Positions 16,723-16,754 of a stretch of 16,754 bases of DNA are shown here, piece by piece (within the stretch, counting starts at the first letter, position 1; the number at the start of each line of letters is the position of its first letter). The notes under the pieces are model-generated. The model did no database searches. It was not told where the DNA came from and worked only from the letters and a program-made list of their open reading frames with translations. The position numbers and the translations under genes are program-made. The stretch comes from Anaerolineae bacterium (GTDB lineage: Bacteria; Chloroflexota; Anaerolineae; Anaerolineales; UBA11579): contig SCUK01000024.1 of NCBI GenBank assembly GCA_004297445.1, forward strand, positions 1-16,754, given 5' to 3'.

Positions 16723-16754
16723 ATGTCCATTGTCATATTACAACTGCCCAAAGT
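16723..16754 (+). CDS. Possible 5' end of a + strand gene (MSIVILQLPK...), truncated by the window end
   Basis: ATG at 16723 is preceded by AAGAGG 7 nt upstream. Only 10 codons are visible. Confidence 0.2.
   Translation, partial: MSIVILQLPK

Noticed and set aside
1-16754. Searched for CRISPR arrays, tRNA/rRNA genes, and transposase/integrase genes flanking the low-GC cassette
   Set aside because: I found no spaced repeat array, no tRNA-like cloverleaf candidates, no rRNA-like sequence and no recombinase ORF. The mobility mechanism of the cassette, if any, is not visible in this window.

Overview
The window is a high-GC (about 65%) bacterial chromosomal segment. Gene content and style suggest Chloroflexota, but that is only an impression. 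All genes but one are on the + strand.

In order, the window holds:
- The 3' part of ftsZ, cut off at the window's 5' edge, followed by an intrinsic terminator.
- A 605-aa secreted protein with a jelly-roll/lectin-like region and a C-terminal sortase domain. It carries an internal LPATG motif.
- A cysteine-rich secreted protein of unknown function.
- An nrdR–nrdJ pair with a sigma70-like promoter and a perfect 16-bp palindrome (candidate NrdR box). The class II ribonucleotide reductase gene is interrupted by a 368-aa LAGLIDADG intein at the NPCGE active-site motif.
- Two toxin-antitoxin modules (DUF4258/YgiT zinc-finger, and HicA/HicB) plus a small conserved hypothetical. They are interleaved with two copies of a short repeat (TGTCATTCYGAGCGA...AGCGARGAATC). 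One copy is split by an insertion and sits in the hicA–hicB spacer.
- Immediately after hicB, a sharp compositional break (about 43% GC over about 1.25 kb). It delimits a two-gene cassette: a 283-aa protein with a C-terminal TIR/nucleoside-2-deoxyribosyltransferase-like domain (candidate catalytic Glu in a W-x-E-x-E motif) and an uncharacterised N-terminal domain, then a 120-aa protein with one C-terminal hydrophobic segment. I read this as a candidate previously undescribed defence or signalling module sitting in a toxin-antitoxin island.
- Downstream: DUF421 (YetF-like) membrane protein, RidA, GrpB, and a Thr/Pro-linker lipoprotein.
- A bidirectional hairpin terminator, then a convergent SPFH/flotillin-like gene on the minus strand.
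- An upstream region with three direct repeats spaced 18 bp apart.

I found no rRNA, tRNA, CRISPR array, transposase or integrase.
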